From the NCBI GenBank assembly GCA_028534125.1, contig CM052817.1:95296001-95360000 (forward strand): a DNA stretch of 64,000 nucleotides, in the 5' to 3' direction. Position 1 is the first letter of the stretch; each line of letters starts with the position of its first letter. Under the pieces are notes generated by a model, which saw only the letters and a program-made list of their open reading frames with translations, ran no database searches and was not told where the DNA came from. Positions 47,091 through 60,389 of this stretch are shown here, one piece after another. Origin of the DNA: Lama glama (taxonomy: Eukaryota). The position numbers and the translations under genes were made by a program.

Positions 47091-50000
47091 TATATAAAAA
47101 ATATATACACATTTTAAATTGAGCCATGAGAGACACACTAAGTAGGCTAACACTCTTGTTCTCAAGTTTGTTTTTTTCTCCTCTTATCCCTTTCTCTTCT
47201 TTAAAGGAGACAAAGCTAATAAGACTGAGACTAATTCACACCAAAGTGTAATTGACTGATGTCTCCTCCCAGAACCCAAGGAGAAAGTTATGTACTGAAA
47301 GAGTGAAGCTTATCTAATCAAATGAATATTGATTCACTGGCATGACTAACTGAAGTAATGCAGCAGTGTCGCCCACCAGGTCTTCCTGCCTCCTGGGAAC
47401 CTGGAACCCTTCACTGCACCTTCATTCTCCTATAAATATAGAGTATATTCCCTGAGTCCCTTGGATTCGAATGAGTTCCTACAAGCTACTTCTTAGTAGA
47501 CTTTTCCCCAGACTTCAGTATGTAAAGAATGACCTTAAAAGATGGTAAACCTGTTCATTCCAAGCCCCATTTCTAGAGATTCTGGATCAGCAAATTTGGG
47601 TGTGTCCAGAAATCTTTATTTTTTTTTAACAAAAATCCCTCCTGAGTGACATCTTTTTTGAAACACGGTTCCAAGGCAAGGTACAGATACTCCTTTGAGA
47701 GCCAACTGAAGAAAAGCTATCTCCAGCCCCAGCTGCACTGAGAACCCCCTAAGGAATTGTGGGGAGAGCAAAGAAACAAGTACCAACCCCTCCTCCCTCC
47801 AGGGACTCTGGGAAATAGATGAGAAGGGAAGCCTGCAGTTAAGAGACAACAGGTAAAAACCAAACAGGTGGTCTAATGTGCCTTGCAACAGTGATGCTGA
47901 GTGTGTTCGGGCATAGGTGAGAGCCTGAATAACACACGCTTCTTGCTTCATTCAGTTCTAGGCAGTGCTTGCAGCAAAAAGAAACTGAAGAACAGAGATG
48001 GCTTGTGTGCGGCTGACCTGCCCGTGCTGTCTTGACTCAAGCCTGCTCAGATGTAGCAGAGGTTCTCAGACCTTCCTCAGAGGAGAAGGGGATGCCTGCC
48101 TCTCTCTTCTACCTGTCGCTGTCCTGCCATTCCTCCCAACCACCCTGCGAGGGGCATTGTGGAACTTGTCATTTAACAAATTGGCTTGGCAGATGCTTGG
48201 CTTCTCTGTCTTGGGGGGGCAGTGAAACCTTTTTGAGAGCATGAACTGTCTTACTCTCCTCTGCCCAATACAGTGTCAGGCATAGAATATGAGCTCAGAA
48301 AATACCAATACCTTCACATTTAAACACAGAAGATAATGATGGAGCATTGACTCACTGCCTGGGGAACATCTTGGAAGATCTCTGACACAACAGCGCATGT
48401 TGGTGGGAAATAGTGCTTATATCGCACCTCGTGGTGTAAATCAATAGAAAGACACCAGCTGCTGTTTTGCCCGTCTTAGAGCTGTAAGAATTTGGGTAAT
48501 GATTATTCCTGATTAATCCCAATATGTTGCAAAATTGTCTTTTTTCAAATGGTAAAATGTGGGGAGGATTGCCTTGGGGGAAGAGTATATATATAGCATT
48601 ATTTTAAATTATATTTGTGAAGAAGGTGGCCAGACTTACAAATTCCCATTTGCTTGAAATAATGCCAGCACTTCATATTTAAGTCACAAATGTGGACTTT
48701 TCAGACAGAGGACTCTAGGAAGAAAGACATAAATTTTAACCATTTTCCCCACGTTGGTACTTAAAGAAAGAGAATCAACTCTACACTTAAGAGGAATGGG
48801 ACACTTTCATATTTAGTGAAAGAATGCTGGAGCAAGTTATACAATTCTCAACATGTCCGTTTTTAGCCAGAAAGGAAAAATCTGATCGAGTATTTCTGAG
48901 TTCTTTGATGAAAAAGATGTTAAGACGCATTGAGACAGTTCCCCCGGTAAGAAGAGGGCTCCCAGGACACACAGCTGCTCAAGACAGCGTGTGTTCAGGG
49001 AACAGCGAGAACATTACTATCCTTACTAATAAAAAGCTTCGTCCTTTCCCAGATGCCAAGACATAGTCGAATGTCTGGAGCCAGTTCCAACTCCTTTTGG
49101 TCAGCCCTCTCTAACCCCCTGTGGTTGTTCTTTTAGCAGCAACGTGCAAAAGTGAAAACCATGCAGACTCGGAGATGCGCCCTGCAGGAAGAAGAGGGAG
49201 CGAACATACCCGCAGTTCCTGCGCTGGGCGTGGGGGCAGCTGCTGAACCACACATACGCACAGAAAGGCAGATTTAAAGATTGAGGACACAAATAGTGCT
49301 GCATCGTGTTTCCCCAACTGCATTTGGTATTTCATATTTTCATTGCTTTTTCTGGGAATAAATGTAAAATTGTCTCAGACTTCACATGGCTGTTCTAAGG
49401 CAGGTCCCAGTTTCCTCTTTGAGGTTAATAGAGGAAGTCATTCTGTTCCTCTTCCAATCTTCAAGCATAAAACTTGGGTCTACGGAATCCCCAGGAGTGA
49501 AAACTTTGTACTTTGATCACTGAAACGAAATTAGGCGAAGTTAACTTTGTCAAATTGATACATAATTATTATATATACATACATTTTTACTTATTGACAA
49601 TGATGTAATACTGGGGAATGTCTTTATTATTATTAAGCATATTTTAAAGCAGTGATGATAAATTTTCTCAAATAGCATGGTAACTTCTGGCTTTGTGGAC
49701 AGGATAGAGCATTGTTTAAAAATGAGAGCTTTTGCAATCGAAAGAGATCCAAACCAGCCCCTCCAGGATATCACAGGGGTGAAATTCCATGCTTAGTCAT
49801 GTTATCAAGGGCCTCAGAATACCTGGAGGAGATAGGATCGGACTATATGGGCCACGTATCTGATGTGATGGTCTGAAGGACTGTCTCACCACAGGCTGTC
49901 AAAATACCTGGAGTTCCACCTTCGGAGCCATAAGGTGGCCTCCAGAAAGTTCAATTAGCATGCCAGTATTTTACCTGCGAGGAGTGTTGCATTAATTTAT

Positions 50001-50317
50001 TAACACTTGGCATGGATAAGACAAGCAAATTGTGATGTGCCCTAGAGAACTGACTCAATGGGAAAGATTTTGAAGATGAGAAAGGAGCTATAGTGGTCCT
50101 GAGTAGAGACCCTTCTTGGGTCTGGGGAGAGACAGCAGGGACAAGGGACAAGTGTGTGAACCCTAAATGAGGGTGGGTAAGGGGACAGTCTCAGGACCTG
50201 GTATTCTGGATCATTTGATGGTAAACTCCACCATGTGAGGGCAGAAGTTTTCAGATTCTGAAAACTGGGGAAATGTCCCACTGGTTGGGTGAGGTTGAAA
50301 TGAAAACTCAACTTTAT

Positions 50318-50449
50318 GGGGAGGATATAGCTCGGCGGCAGAGTGCCTGGTTAGCCTGCACGACATCCTGGGTTCAAACCCCAGTACCTCCATCAAGAAA
50401 TAAATAAAATAAACATAATTATCCCCCCAATAAATTAATTAATTTTTTT
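50318..50449 (+). mobile_element. vic-1-type SINE (long-tail form)
   Basis: GGGGAGGATATAGCTCGGCGGCAGAG...GGGTTCAAACCCCAGTACCTCCA..AAACATAATTATCCCCCC; TSD AAAACTCAACTTTA (50303-50316) / AAAAATCAACTTTA (50450-50463). Confidence 0.9.
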
Positions 50450-50876
50450 AAAAATCAACTTTAAGGGAGCAGGGAGGTGTTCTTTATCATCTCTGGGGAT
50501 TTCTGGGGAAGAGCTGTATTTTTATAATTACAGATGTTTAATATCCATTAGAAAAATGCAAATAGCATGTCAAACTGATGACTTTGTGAATATTAGGAAG
50601 AAGCTAAAGTAAAAAGAAACAGTTAACTTAGAGGAAGACATAAACTTGATAAGAAAAAAATCACAAAGGCATAAGAATGAAGTGTGTAAAACATGATTTT
50701 AGAAATATTTCAAAATCAGCATACCACTGATCTACTTAAGACTTATGGTATATTTATGGGCTAATAAATGGAGCCATGTATTTTAAATGCAAATGACTAG
50801 GGGGAAGTGAAGTTGGATCTTCAAGTGAGCTGAAGCTCCACATTTTTGGGAAAGGCATTAGTAGGCAGCACTCCAG

Positions 50877-51102
50877 AGGCAGTGTTTCGGGGTGGTTAAA
50901 TTTTGGGGGGTGGGTCTTTGAATTCAGGATCTGAATTCAGACTTCACCAGTTACTAGGTGTGCAATCTTAGATAAGACACTGCATCTCTCTGAGTCTCAC
51001 TTTGCTCATCTGTAAAATGGAAATAATACTTCCTTCTAAGGATTACTCTAAGGGTTCCATAAGGTGATGAATGAAGGTAAAGTGCTTTGCAAACCTGAAA
51101 AA
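50877..51102 (+). mobile_element. MIR SINE
   Basis: TTACTAGGTGTGCAATCTT...CTCTCTGAGTCTCACTTTGCTCATCTGTAAAATGGAAATAATA. Confidence 0.88.
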
Positions 51103-52099
51103 TAGTGAGATCTCAAAAATGGTTGTTTTGATATTCTCACTCTCCCTTTTTTGGCTTGGGCCTTTTTTCAATTTTCTAAAAATAACTGATCTTTATCACA
51201 TCTCTACAGACATGACACTTACTGTTACCTACTTTGTTTTATATGTTATAGTAATGACGTAAAAAGTCAAAGGAAAGTAGTGTTTACTTCCAAAGGAACT
51301 TCTATAAAATGCCTCCCTGGGTGATTCAACCATGACCGTTCTCTGGTATTTATGCATTTCTAACAGTTTTGGTTCTATTCCCGGAAGGGCCCATGTAACC
51401 TACCTCCATTTGGAAGTGAGAATTCCAGGAAGACTTCATGATAAGCCTTTACTCATTTGAAATGTCCATAACAGAGGATTGACCTTGTAACTACAAGACA
51501 CTTTCCTTAATTTGTGGTCATCTGCTTCTTTGGAAAGAAACTTGAAATGGAATATTCTGTTTCTTTGTCTGGATACAATGTGCTGATTCCTGGGGAATCA
51601 CCAGGAGAGCACCACAAGGAGATTTCCTGAAACAATTCTTGCTAGTGCCAACTTGACCAGGGGTAGCTTTCTAGAGCTGAATCGTAACACTTATTATTTA
51701 CCATATTAGGCTAACATAACAGGAACGTAAACTACTGGATAACTAAGGCAAGGATGTTCTATGCTAATTTGAAACAGCCTTTTACAGTCCCTTCGGTGTT
51801 TTTATAATATGCTTTCAAAAATAAAGACACCATCATCACGATACTGCTGATCGTTGTCATCACAGTTTGATCAGTAGGCTGCCACTCAGCTTTTATAAAA
51901 CGTATTTTAGCATAGTATATATTTTTCTATCCATGTACTTTCATTTACATATCTTTATAAGTCAAGTGGGTTTCTGGTGGACGTCATACAGTTGGGTCTT
52001 TCTTTTCATCCAATCTGACAATCTCTGACTTTTAAATTGGGTGTTTAGCCTTGTTACACTTAATGTAATTATCAGAATGGTTGGTTTTAAATCTATTGT

Positions 52100-52449
52100 T
52101 GTCTTGGTTCAAACTGTTATAACAGAATACTATAATAGGTAGCTTACAAGCCATAGGAGCATATTTCTCACAGTTCTGGAGGCTGGAGAGTCCAAGATCA
52201 CAGTATCTGGTGAGGACCCACTTCCTAGTTCGTAGACCACCATATTTTCACTATGTCCTCACATGGTGGAAGAGGGGAAGGAGGCTCTCTGGGGCCTCTT
52301 TTATAAGGACACTAATCACACTTACAAGGGCTCCACCTTCGAAATCTAACTGATCACCTCCCAAAGGTTCCACCTCCAAATATTATCATACTGGGGACTA
52401 GTTTTCACCATATGGGATTTGGGAGGACACAAACATCCAATCTACAGTA
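52100..52449 (-). mobile_element. MaLR MLT1A-like solo LTR
   Basis: TATTTCTCACAGTTCTGGAGGCTGG..AGTCCAAGATCA...CTTTTATAAGGACACTAATC...TTTGGGAGGACACAAACAT. Confidence 0.9.
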
Positions 52450-53160
52450 ACCAGGTTCCTATTTGTTTTGCTTTTTTTCCTATTCACTCTTTGTTACCTT
52501 TTTTTCTTCTTCTCCTTCCTTCTTTTGGATTGTGTTTTTTTATGATTTCATTTTATCTCTATTATGAGCTTTTGTTTTTTGGTTTGGTTTTTTTCTGGGC
52601 TTTGGTGGATGTGTTTTGGTTTTTGTTTTTAGTGATTCCTCTGGGATTTATAGTGTACATCTTCCACTTATTACAGTTCATTTTCAAACATGTGACTTTA
52701 ACATATGGTATAAGAACCTTAGAGCAGTGTATGTCCTTTCCACACCTCCACCCTTGTGCTATTGCTATCAAGCATTTCACTGTTACCTATGGTATAAATC
52801 CCACAATACGTGATTACTTTTACTAATCAGTTACCTTTTCAAGAGACTTAAAATTAACAAAGAAATCTAATACGTTTCTTCACATATTTGCCGTATCTGA
52901 TGCTCTTCACTCCTTTGTAAGATCCACATTTCCACCTGAAATAATATTTTCCTTCTGCCTAAAGGACCTCCTTTTTTATTTCTTGTAGTGGCAATGTGCT
53001 AGTAATAAATTCCCTCAGGTTTTATTTATTTGAAAAATCTCTTGAGAGATCGTTTTGCTGAGCTTCTAATTTTCCTCCTTTGAGTACTTTAAAGATGTCA
53101 ATCCATTGTGTTCCGACTTACATTTTTTTTTAAGGGGAAGACTACTGTTATTCTTATTTT

Positions 53161-53523
53161 TGCTATGGACTGAATTGTGTGGTTCCCCACCCTCCAAATT
53201 CATACGTGGAAGCCAAATGTGACTGTATTTGGAGATAAGGCTTTTAGATTAAATTAAGGTTAAATGAGGTCACAAGGGTGGAGTCCTTACCCCATAGGAT
53301 TGGTGGCATTGTAAGAAGAGGGAGATTTCTCTTTCTCTCTCCCTTCCTCTCTGCATGCACGTGAACACACAGCCGGAAAGCTGTCATCTGCTAGTCAAGA
53401 AGAGATCTCTCACTCACCAGAACTCAACCGTGCTGGCATGTGATCTCAAATTCCAGAACTGGGAGAAAATACATTTCTGAATTTCTGTGGTATTAGCTAA
53501 CCAGTTAGAGCTGATCTAATGTA
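53161..53523 (+). mobile_element. MaLR MLT1A/B-like solo LTR
   Basis: TGCTATGGACTGAATTGTGT...AATGTGACTGTATTTGGAGATAAGGC...TTAAGGTTAAATGAGGTCA. Confidence 0.88.
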
Positions 53524-55468
53524 TCCTTATTCTCCTATATGTAATATTTCTGTTTCCTTTCTGTTAGTAGTTCCTAGCAATTTAGTCATGTTCTGCCTTA
53601 ATGCCGTTTCCTTCCTGTTTTCTGCTTAGAGTCTGTCAGGCTTCTCCGATTTGTCCGTTTATCCTTTTTATCAAATTTAGGAAATTGTGGTCATTAGTTT
53701 TTCAAATAAGTTTTCTGTTTCCCTCCCCAGCCTGCCTCTTCTGGGACTTCAGTGACAAACATGGTAGGGCTGCTTCAACTTGTTCTGCATCTCTGCTGCC
53801 TGTCCACTTCACTCCAGGCTTTGTTCTCTCTTTGTTTCATTTGAATAGCTTCTATTTCTAGGTCTCCAAGTGCACTATCTTCTTTTCTTCTGAAGTATCT
53901 AATCTGCTGTTCATTCTGTCCATGAATTTTTTGCCTCAGATATTGTATATTTCATCTCTGAAAGTTCCATTTGGACCTTTTTTTTTAAATATCTTCCATT
54001 TCTCTTCTTATGTTTGTAATTTCCTCTACCTTCTTGAATATATGTAGTGTTTTCATAGATGGTTTGATGTCCTTTTCTACTAATTCTGTCATCTGTGTAA
54101 TTAGATTTTTATAAATGTATTTTTTCCAGTTTTATATTTATTTAAGGTGGGGAAGTAAATCTGGTCCTTGGCATTCTATTGTGTTTAGAAGCTGAAGTCT
54201 TTTATGTTGTTGGGACAACTATTGCAGAGAGTTATTTGCTTTCTGTCCTCAGGGTATGGGCGATAATTAACCAACCAGGAAAATATGAAAATTTATCACT
54301 GAGTTCATTCCAATGCAGTGAAAACTGGTATTTGCTAGAATTGGGCAAAAGCTATGATTAAATGATTAGAAAACAGAAATTGATTATGTTCTGAGTGCTC
54401 TAAATTTTTTCCTTAAATACAGTAAAACATTTTTCTTCTCATTTTATACACGACCACAGCCACTGAGTTTCCATATGGTTGATGGTTTTTCCTACGTTTG
54501 TACTTCCGTGTGCCTCAGAAATATGTCTGTGCTACTGGACAAAGTCTCACTGTTAACTCCTAGGCATTCAGATCTTCATTTGCAAATGTTTAGCATAGTT
54601 TCCCTACTGAAATCCCACAAACAGAGTTTCCCAGCTGGTTAGTATCTAATATGTGCTGAACACCTCCAAGCATACCCCCAAAGTGATGAGTGAAAAGGAA
54701 GCTTTAGAAATCGTCCCCCTTTTCACAAAGCTCTATTATTTGGTTATTTGAGATTAAAGATCTTGCTTATTATTTGCTATCTGGTAACTTCTTTGGGGGA
54801 AAGGAATGTGCCTTGTGCATAGTTGCGTCCACAGAGACCACGCTGGGCACATGGTAAGTGCTGTGAAAATTTGTAGAAAAAATTTGTAGAAATAAGCAAA
54901 TAGACTTTTGTTTATACTCAAAGATGCCAAGAAGTACTCTGATTGTTTTGCCATTATCTCAGAGTCTACACACCTGCTGATTCCTACATTTTCAACTGAG
55001 CATCCAGAAAATCGAAAGGCAATAAAAATGACAAAGCGCAACCTTAGATGTTGAAGATTATAGCCAAAATGCATTGGTCAGGGGCCCAACTGCAGTGATC
55101 TATGAAAGGCTAGATGCAATATCTTAGAAGACCAGGTTCCTAGTATCAGAATAAATTCCCAGAGATGAATTCTTACCTAAAGGCAAAACTTGACTCTGAT
55201 AGCATGAATTTTCATGGGCGTATACAAATTTGGCCCATCTTCATTAAGATTATATTCCATAATTATATGCTTCCTTATGCATTTTGTGGTTGTGTATTTC
55301 ACCATTAAATTTGACAGAGGAAGAGGTAGTAAACATTTGCCACAGTCTTAAAATGTTTGCGAAACTTTACTTGTCAACAGCTGCTCATTGCTATGTACTT
55401 TGTGTCCCTTTAGCCAAGCCCAAATTTGAAGGAAAATAACAGATGTTCAGTTAATTATTTTTCCTTGC

Positions 55469-55510
55469 GTGTGTGTGGGTGTGTGTGTGGGGGTGTGTGT
55501 GGGTGTGTGG
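55469..55510. repeat. Interrupted (GT)n microsatellite
   Basis: Directly visible. Confidence 0.9.
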
Positions 55511-55760
55511 TATGGCTGCCTTCCAAAGACATCAAACATAGGCATTGCTTACTGATGGTTATCTTGTTTGGTTCCAAACTACTCAACTGGCAAAAATAAA
55601 ATGAATCCTATCGGCGCATTTGGAAAATAGTTTATTACAAAGAATTCCAATAGCAATGTTCATCAGGAACTAGACCACACTTTGCATTGTGTGCTTTAGG
55701 AATAAACAATACAGCCAGGTAGCTATGTGGATCTTAAATGATTAACACTAACATGCTGGT

Positions 55761-55900
55761 GGGAGGTTGTAGCTCAGTGGCAGAGCACATGCTTAGCATG
55801 CACAGGGGCCTGGGTTTGATCCTCAATACCTCCATTTAAGAAAATAAATAAATAAGCCTAATTACCTCCCCCCAAAAAACTTTCAAGAAATCTTAAAAAA
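55761..55900 (+). mobile_element. vic-1-type SINE (long-tail form)
   Basis: GGGAGGTTGTAGCTCAGTGGCAGAGCACATGCTTAGCATG...AATAAGCCTAATTACCTCCCCCC. Confidence 0.9.
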
Positions 55901-56000
55901 CATGAATAGACTTGGGAAGTTCCCCAACTGGTCTTTCACTTTTGAAAGCTTGGTCCCACGATATTCTCCAGGTTACAGGCATAAATGAACAGAATGATTT

Positions 56001-56240
56001 TTTTTTTTAAATTGAAGTATAGTCAATTTACAATGTGTTAATTTCTGGTGTACAGCCTGGTGATTCAGATTATATATATATATTCCTTTTCATATTCTTT
56101 TTTGGTATAGGCTATTACAAGGTATTGAATATAGTTCCCTGTGCGATACAGTAGGACTTCGCTGTTTATCTATTTTTATATATAGTAGTTGGTATCTGCA
56201 AACCCTGAACTGCCGGTTTATGCCTCTCTCCCACTTTCAG
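56001..56240 (-). mobile_element. Young L1 3' end
   Basis: T-run + ATTGAAGTATAGTCAATTTACAATG; perfect 17-bp TSD AATGAACAGAATGATTT (55984-56000, 56241-56257). Confidence 0.95.
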
Positions 56241-56464
56241 AATGAACAGAATGATTTCTGCATTCAATTTATTACAGTTGTCTGTAATGTGTATGATTCA
56301 GTTTTATACAGGAAACTTTTTCTTTGTTATATATTATATTTAAGGTGTATATTATATATATGCTTATATTTGTTATATATTATATTTATATATCTTCTTT
56401 CCTAGCAGGATAAATATTTTTATGCATGTTGAAGTTATCTGTGCAAATCATTCAATGACATTCT

Positions 56465-56496
<32 letters not shown>

Positions 56497-58116
56497 CAAT
56501 GACATCTTTTTTGACAATACTTACTTGGTTAGTGCCAGGATAGTACTTTCCCCCATTATTTCAAATACTGGGTAATGGAAAAATCCCTTACCATCAAAAC
56601 ATTTAATTACTTTCCCACAGCTGCAGTGAAAATTGAGTTTAAAACAACAACAACAAAAACTATTTAAACTAGGAATCTATCAAAAAAAAACACCAAGGTG
56701 CTGCCATCCATAAGAAATATGATATATCACTCAACTTTTTTAAATGAGAGAAGGATAGTTCGGAAGGAATTAACATCTGTCCACAGTCACACAGCAGCTC
56801 CCACTGGAACGAAAACCAGGCATCTTGACACACAGCCTCTTTCTTCTCTTAATAGCAATAAATCTGTGTTTTGCTATTATTGCTATAAACCTAGATTCTA
56901 CGGTTACATTAGTTGGAATAACTATGTAACAAACAGTTATTTCTTCACTTTCAATGTTAAAGACATGCATTGGTGAAAATCGATGATGTCCAAACAAGCA
57001 GAGACAGTACTTGTGTAACAGATTTTTAAATCAGTATTTCAAATTAGGATGCAAAGACAACTAACCAGCTGAATATAAGACTTACTTATACAGGCAAAGC
57101 TACCTGAGAAGAAGCAAAGTACTTTGCCAGGATTAAGGCTAAATGAGCTATGACCGTGATGGAATGAGCTGGCTATTTTTCAAGTAAGTATCAGATCTTA
57201 TTAAAATTAGTGTTTTCCACTTTAAAATGGGCACCATGAAAGACCACACACTTATTTCAAATGATCCCACCATCACTGGATGAAGTTTGGGCACCCCTCC
57301 TTTGAAATTGCATTTCAAAAGTACAAAAAAAAAAAAAAGCAGGATTAGCATTACCATCTTACTTTTACCCCAAATATAATTTCCTCAGTTAGTCACTCAC
57401 ACTCATGTATTTAGTGTGCTTAACATTAAATATTAATGTATTTAATATCCTCTTTTCAGTGATGTGACTCTAGAGAGAGGACAGGACCCCTTCTCTTCCA
57501 GCTCGATATGGAACAATTCTAAGGAAGGACCCTAATTTTGCTTAATCATGTTCATCTTAAAATGCTGCCACACTGAGCACATTAAAAAGAATGACCCACA
57601 GATTCTGAAGAAATTTCTATTTTAAAATATATCGGTAAATGTCTTCTATAGAGAACCCCCTCACACTTAGGAGATTTATGTTGTAGTGTCTATTACAGTC
57701 ACTGGTCTTTAAGACCAATTAATCAGAAGAGGAATGAATCTATCTCTTTGCCTGTATTGGGAAATGCTGTCTCTTTAAGAACCGATCTTGTTCCCATTGC
57801 CAGGCCTGACTCACCGGTGTTAAGAAACACCTGTATACCTTCAGGGTAGTCTCTTTGGAACCCTTGTATAAATTAAAATTTGCCTTCAGGGATTCCAAAG
57901 TTCTGTGTCAAAAGTTACATTAAAAGACAGAGTCTCAGCAAATCAGCTCTAGCCCTTCTCAAACAGCACAGGCCTTATTGTACAGGTTTTAAAACAAACT
58001 CCCCATTTCATCTGGAGGAGACAGTGTTTATTGGATATCAATTATGGGCCTTAATACTATCCATGCTACTTTGGGGATCACAAAGGAAGTGGACATGATT
58101 CTCGCTTTAAAAAAAA

Positions 58117-58771
58117 GTTTTTCTTTTTTTACTGAAGTATAGTTGGTTTACAATGTTGTGTTAATTTCTAGTGTACAGCATAGTGATTCAGTTAATATAT
58201 ACATATATATATATTCCTTTTCATATTCTTTTTCATTATAGCTATTATAAGGTATTGAATATAGTTCCCTGTGCCATACAGTAGGACCTTGTTGTTTATT
58301 TACTTTACATATAGTAGTATCTGAAATCCTGAACTCCCAATTATCCCTCCATCCCACATGTTTGTTTTTTTGTTTTCTACATCTGTGAGTCTGTTTCTGT
58401 TTTGTAAATAAGTTCATTTGTCTCTCTCTCTTTTTTTTTTTTAGACTCCACGTATAAGCAATATCACATGGTATTTGTCTTTCTCTTTCTGGCTTACTTC
58501 ACTTAGAATGACGATTTCCTGGTCCATCTATGTTGCTGCAAGTGGCATTATTTTATTCTTTTTTCTGGCTGAGGAGTATTCCATTATATGTATATACCAC
58601 AGCTTCTTTATCCAGTCATCTGTTGATGGACATTTACGTTGTTTCCATGTTTTGACTGTTGTAAATAGCGCTGCTATGAACATTGGGGTGCAGGTGTCTT
58701 TTTGAATTAGAGTTTCCTCTGGATCCAGAAGTGGGATTGCTGGATCATTTGGTAACTCTAGTTTTTTAAGG
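58117..58771 (-). mobile_element. Young L1 3' UTR + ORF2 C-terminus, 5'-truncated
   Basis: Minus ORF ELPNDPAIPLL...DTCTPMFIAALFT..KTWKQRKCPSTDDWIKKLWYI..MEY; approximate TSD TGATTCTCGCTTT / TGATTCTCACTCTT. Confidence 0.93.
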
Positions 58772-60026
58772 TGATTCTCACTCTTAAAAAGGAAACTCCC
58801 CATCTAGTTGGGGAGGCATGTAAAATAGATTTATCAGCTTTATTACAAACATGCTCTTGGAGGCAGAGGCCAGGATGTTAAAGCCACACAACCCCGTCTG
58901 ACAAACATTCAGTTCAACAAACCTGTATTTTGTCGTTCATCACCATGTCATTCATTGCACCTTCCACTAAGGGTTAAAATATGAATGGCACTGTGTCCCA
59001 GCCCCCGGGGCTGCTTCTAGAGCAGAAAGTGCCTCTTAACAGAGGAGATGGAAATCTCCTCCAAATCCCTCCAGAGGAGGGCTTTACAGAAATGTGTCCC
59101 CTTTTCACTGACCAATTAGAAAAAAGGTGCCTCTCTGGTCAGACTAAATAGAAAAATGTGCCCTTTCTTCTATAGCCCTGGGCTGAGCAGAGAGGAGGCT
59201 GGAATTTGGATACCATTTGCTCTCAGCGGTATGATCCACATGAGGAACCTGCAGTTCTTTATTCTTTACCCCTTGCGTTTTTAAATCATAAGCAGTCCTA
59301 ATTCTTTGAGCCAGGGAAACAAGGGATGCTCTTAGAGCTGTGGGACTCAGCTGCCCCAAGTTGCTACTATAACTTCTTGTTAACCCCTTGGATTTCCTTC
59401 CATTCCCGTCTTGATGCTATGTTATTATTTCAAGAGCTATAGATACCTCTGCTTTTTCCAATTGTTAGATACGATGGCAGAAGATCTGAAGGGCTTGTCA
59501 TAAGAAGCCCTGGGCAGCTGGCGTAGTTTTTGCCAATACGTGCATTTCAACACCATGACTTATGGGCAAAGACAAGAGGGCTGGAGTATCTTTGAGCAAA
59601 TACACAATCCTCCAGTGACCCCTCTGGCAATACATCAGAGGTTCTGCAGTGTAGCTGCAGGCAACAAACTGAGACCAGCCAGCATTGATGGGGGAGCCTC
59701 TGCGGTGCTCGGCTTTTAAAAATACCTGCACTCCAGTGCAGGGCAACTGACTTCTGCTTAAGTGCACTGGATGACTGCAAACGGGACCTGACTGAGAGCC
59801 AGGCTGGACGGTCTTCAGGAGCACTCTAAGGGAAATCACTGTTGTTTACCCAATTTTCTTTTGAGTCAGGGTTTTCTCAAGGGTGTAATGAGGGTGTTCC
59901 CATAATTGCTTCCAAATTAATAAAAGCTTAATGCTAAGAACCTTCAGCCTTCTTGCAAGCCTTGTTATAAATTATCCAGAACTTGTTGGGATTACCAATC
60001 TTACTGAAGTTTGTGTCTTGAAAATC

Positions 60027-60195
60027 GGGGGAGGGTATTGGTTAGTGGTAGAGTGTGTGCTTAGCATGTACGAGGTCCTGGGTTCAAATCCCCAGGACCG
60101 CCATTAAATAAATAAGTAAATAAATAAACAAACAAACCTAATTACCTCTCCCCCCTCAAATTTATTTTTTAATTTTTAAAAAATAAAAATAAATA
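60027..60195 (+). mobile_element. vic-1-type SINE (long-tail form)
   Basis: GGGGGAGGGTATT..TAGTGGTAGAGTGTGTGCTTAGCATG...GGGTTCAAATCCCCAG...AAACCTAATTACCTCTCCCCCC. Confidence 0.9.
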
Positions 60196-60389
60196 TTTTT
60201 TTGTAGTGTTATCTTCCTTGGTTAGAAAATAATTGGGTTCCTGGCCTCCTTCAGGTCTGCTATTCAACAGCTAGTTGGAAAGCATGAAATTTGCCCCTCT
60301 TTCTTTATACTTGTTTACCCCACACAACCATCACTAAATAAATAATAAGCTCACCCAATCAGAAAGATAATTCAGGCTCCTAGAAAGAG

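Larger units (their letters stand above)
51885..54190 (-). mobile_element. Old L1 (L1M4/L1MC-type) ORF1 and inter-ORF region, interrupted by two MLT1 LTRs
   Basis: T-rich L1 antisense: CATCCAATCTGACAATCTCTG..TTTAAATTGG, TTCCTTCTGCCTAAAGGAC, TCTAATCTGCTGTT. Confidence 0.75.

Noticed and set aside
59469..59525. Possible exon after CTCTGCTTTTTCCAATTGTTAG
   Set aside because: Weak donor and stops in all frames within a short distance.
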